DNA of 5,891 nt from an uncultured archaeon (GTDB lineage: Archaea > Iainarchaeota > Iainarchaeia > Iainarchaeales > 0-14-0-20-30-16): the NCBI GenBank assembly GCA_964565725.1, contig CAZMGA010000028.1, positions 1 to 5,891 of the forward strand, in the 5' to 3' direction. Of this stretch, positions 4,912-5,891 are shown one piece after another. The stretch's first letter is position 1. Each line of letters starts with the position of its first letter. Position numbers and translations under genes: made by a program. The notes beneath the pieces were generated by a model. That model worked only from the letters and a program-made list of their open reading frames with translations. It did not search any database and was not told the DNA's origin.

Positions 4912-5891
4912 TTCCTTTTATTTTATCCATTTTACTTTTTCTGGAACCTATTACTGCCTCAATACCTTTGCTTTTTGAAATTTCAACTAATCTTTTTGTT
5001 ATAACTCCGTCAAACAATAAATATTTGGCGTTTTTTATAGATTTAATTTGTTTTAATAAATCTTTTACAGGCATTTCTTTTATTAATTTACCAGCATCAT
5101 CTAAAAATCGTCCATTAAAAGTATTTTTTAAATCTTCCATGTTTTTCTTAACATCTATTTTTAGATTTGAAAATGCATTTTCTTCTTTTATTGGTTCTTT
5201 TTGCATAACTTCTTTTCTTTCAAATTTCTTTTCAAAAGGTTTTTCTACATTTTCAATGGTATCTTTTGTAATTTCTTCTAAATTATGTTGTTTTCTTTCA
5301 AATTTCTTTTCAAAAGGTTTCTCAAAAGGTTTTCTTCTAAAATCATTATTGTGTTCAAAATTATTTTGTCTTTCAAATTTCTTTAGATATTCTGTATTGT
5401 GTTCTTTTTTAGGATATTCATTTGATTTTTCAAATTTCTTTTCAAAAGGTTTCTCAAAAGATTTTGAATTATTTTTAGAATCTAAATCTAAATTTGTTTT
5501 TTCATGAACTTCTATATCTAATTCACTAAATAAATCTTCTTTAGTATTCCAATATTCATCGTTTAAATCTAAATCTTCTTGATTTGGTTTAGTTTGATTT
5601 ACAGGTATTTTTTTATTTAAAGCAGCTAAAATTTGTTTTTTAGTTAATTCTTCAACTTCTAAACCTAAAGGTGCTTTTGCAATAAAATCTATATCTGCAA
5701 TTTGTAATAATTTTTTCAAATCTAAAGATCCACCCCTGTCTCCATCTACAAAAGCAGTTACTGTTTTTGTTTTACATAAATCTATTACTGTTTGAGGTAT
5801 CTTTGAACCACCCATAGCTACAACATTTTTAATATTATATTTTAATAAATTTAAAACGTCTGCTCTACCTTCTACTAAAATTATTTCATCA
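4886..5891 (-). CDS. dnaG: Archaeal DnaG-like primase (Toprim), 5' end beyond the window
   Basis: Reverse-strand frame is open to the right edge: DEIILVEGRADVLNLLKYNIKNVVAMGGSKIPQTVIDLCKTKTVTAFVDGDRGGSLDLKKLLQIADIDFIAKAPLGLEVEELTKKQI... It has Toprim motifs VEGRADV and DGDRGG. A conserved-looking C-terminal domain reads GRFLDDAGKLIKEMPVKDLLKQIKS...YLLFDGVITKRLVEISKSKGIEAVIG. The track gives this as '+' 4886..5815, but the protein is on '-' and extends past 5815. Confidence 0.93.
   Translation of the reverse strand, partial: DEIILVEGRADVLNLLKYNIKNVVAMGGSKIPQTVIDLCKTKTVTAFVDGDRGGSLDLKKLLQIADIDFIAKAPLGLEVEELTKKQILAALNKKIPVNQTKPNQEDLDLNDEYWNTKEDLFSELDIEVHEKTNLDLDSKNNSKSFEKPFEKKFEKSNEYPKKEHNTEYLKKFERQNNFEHNNDFRRKPFEKPFEKKFERKQHNLEEITKDTIENVEKPFEKKFERKEVMQKEPIKEENAFSNLKIDVKKNMEDLKNTFNGRFLDDAGKLIKEMPVKDLLKQIKSIKNAKYLLFDGVITKRLVEISKSKGIEAVIGSRKSKMDKIKGIDVFEFDA
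5220..5469 (-). repeat. Degenerate coding repeats within dnaG (KPFEKKFE(R/K) units)
   Basis: TCAAATTTCTTTTCAAAAGGTTT occurs identically at 5220-5242, 5298-5320 and 5430-5452, with a partial copy near 5374-5386. The encoded repeats are EKPFEKKFERK, KPFEKPFEKKFERK and KSFEKPFEKKFEKS. Confidence 0.8.

Noticed and set aside
5220-5469. CRISPR-like array suggested by three identical 23-mers
   Set aside because: Spacing is irregular (78 and 132 nt), the copies are in frame within dnaG, and the intervening sequence is degenerate repeat and coding sequence. This is a protein repeat, not an array.
4968-5507. 179-aa + strand ORF (repetitive F/S/L-rich 'NFFSKGFSKGF')
   Set aside because: Antisense of the dnaG repeat insertion. 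The repetitive hydrophobic sequence mirrors the EKPFEKKFE-coding repeats, and the TTG start has no Shine-Dalgarno.
1-5891. Possible defence island, toxin-antitoxin pair, transposon or integrative element
   Set aside because: No transposase, integrase, nuclease, CRISPR or recognised toxin/antitoxin signature. The tRNA-Arg 3' end has no second copy in the window. The context is mainly housekeeping (asnS, dnaG, tRNA).

Overview
An AT-rich chromosomal segment that looks archaeal, possibly DPANN-like. This rests on the archaeal-type DnaG, the archaeal-type AsnRS, and TATA-box spacings that suggest leaderless transcripts. Well supported: asnS (+), a TPR protein (-), a lipoprotein (+), tRNA-Arg(GCG) (-), and the 3' part of archaeal dnaG (-, running off the right edge). 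Smaller genes missing from the ORF track: an edge-truncated hypothetical ORF (-), a 47-aa CxxC/CxxH putative zinc protein (-), and a 53-aa ORF whose stop abuts the lipoprotein start. Two ORF-track entries, 2111..2944 and 4886..5815, are labelled '+' but their proteins are encoded on the '-' strand. I see no CRISPR array, transposase, or recognisable defence/toxin system. The most interesting item is a locally GC-enriched, foldable intergenic island at about 4825-4911, between tRNA-Arg and dnaG. It has an overlapping 11-bp inverted repeat at the dnaG stop codon and a terminator-like hairpin beyond it. Other items are a repeat-rich insertion inside DnaG, a 107-codon membrane ORF with no normal start near its N-terminus, a possible winged-helix gene remnant, and several intrinsic-terminator-like hairpins.
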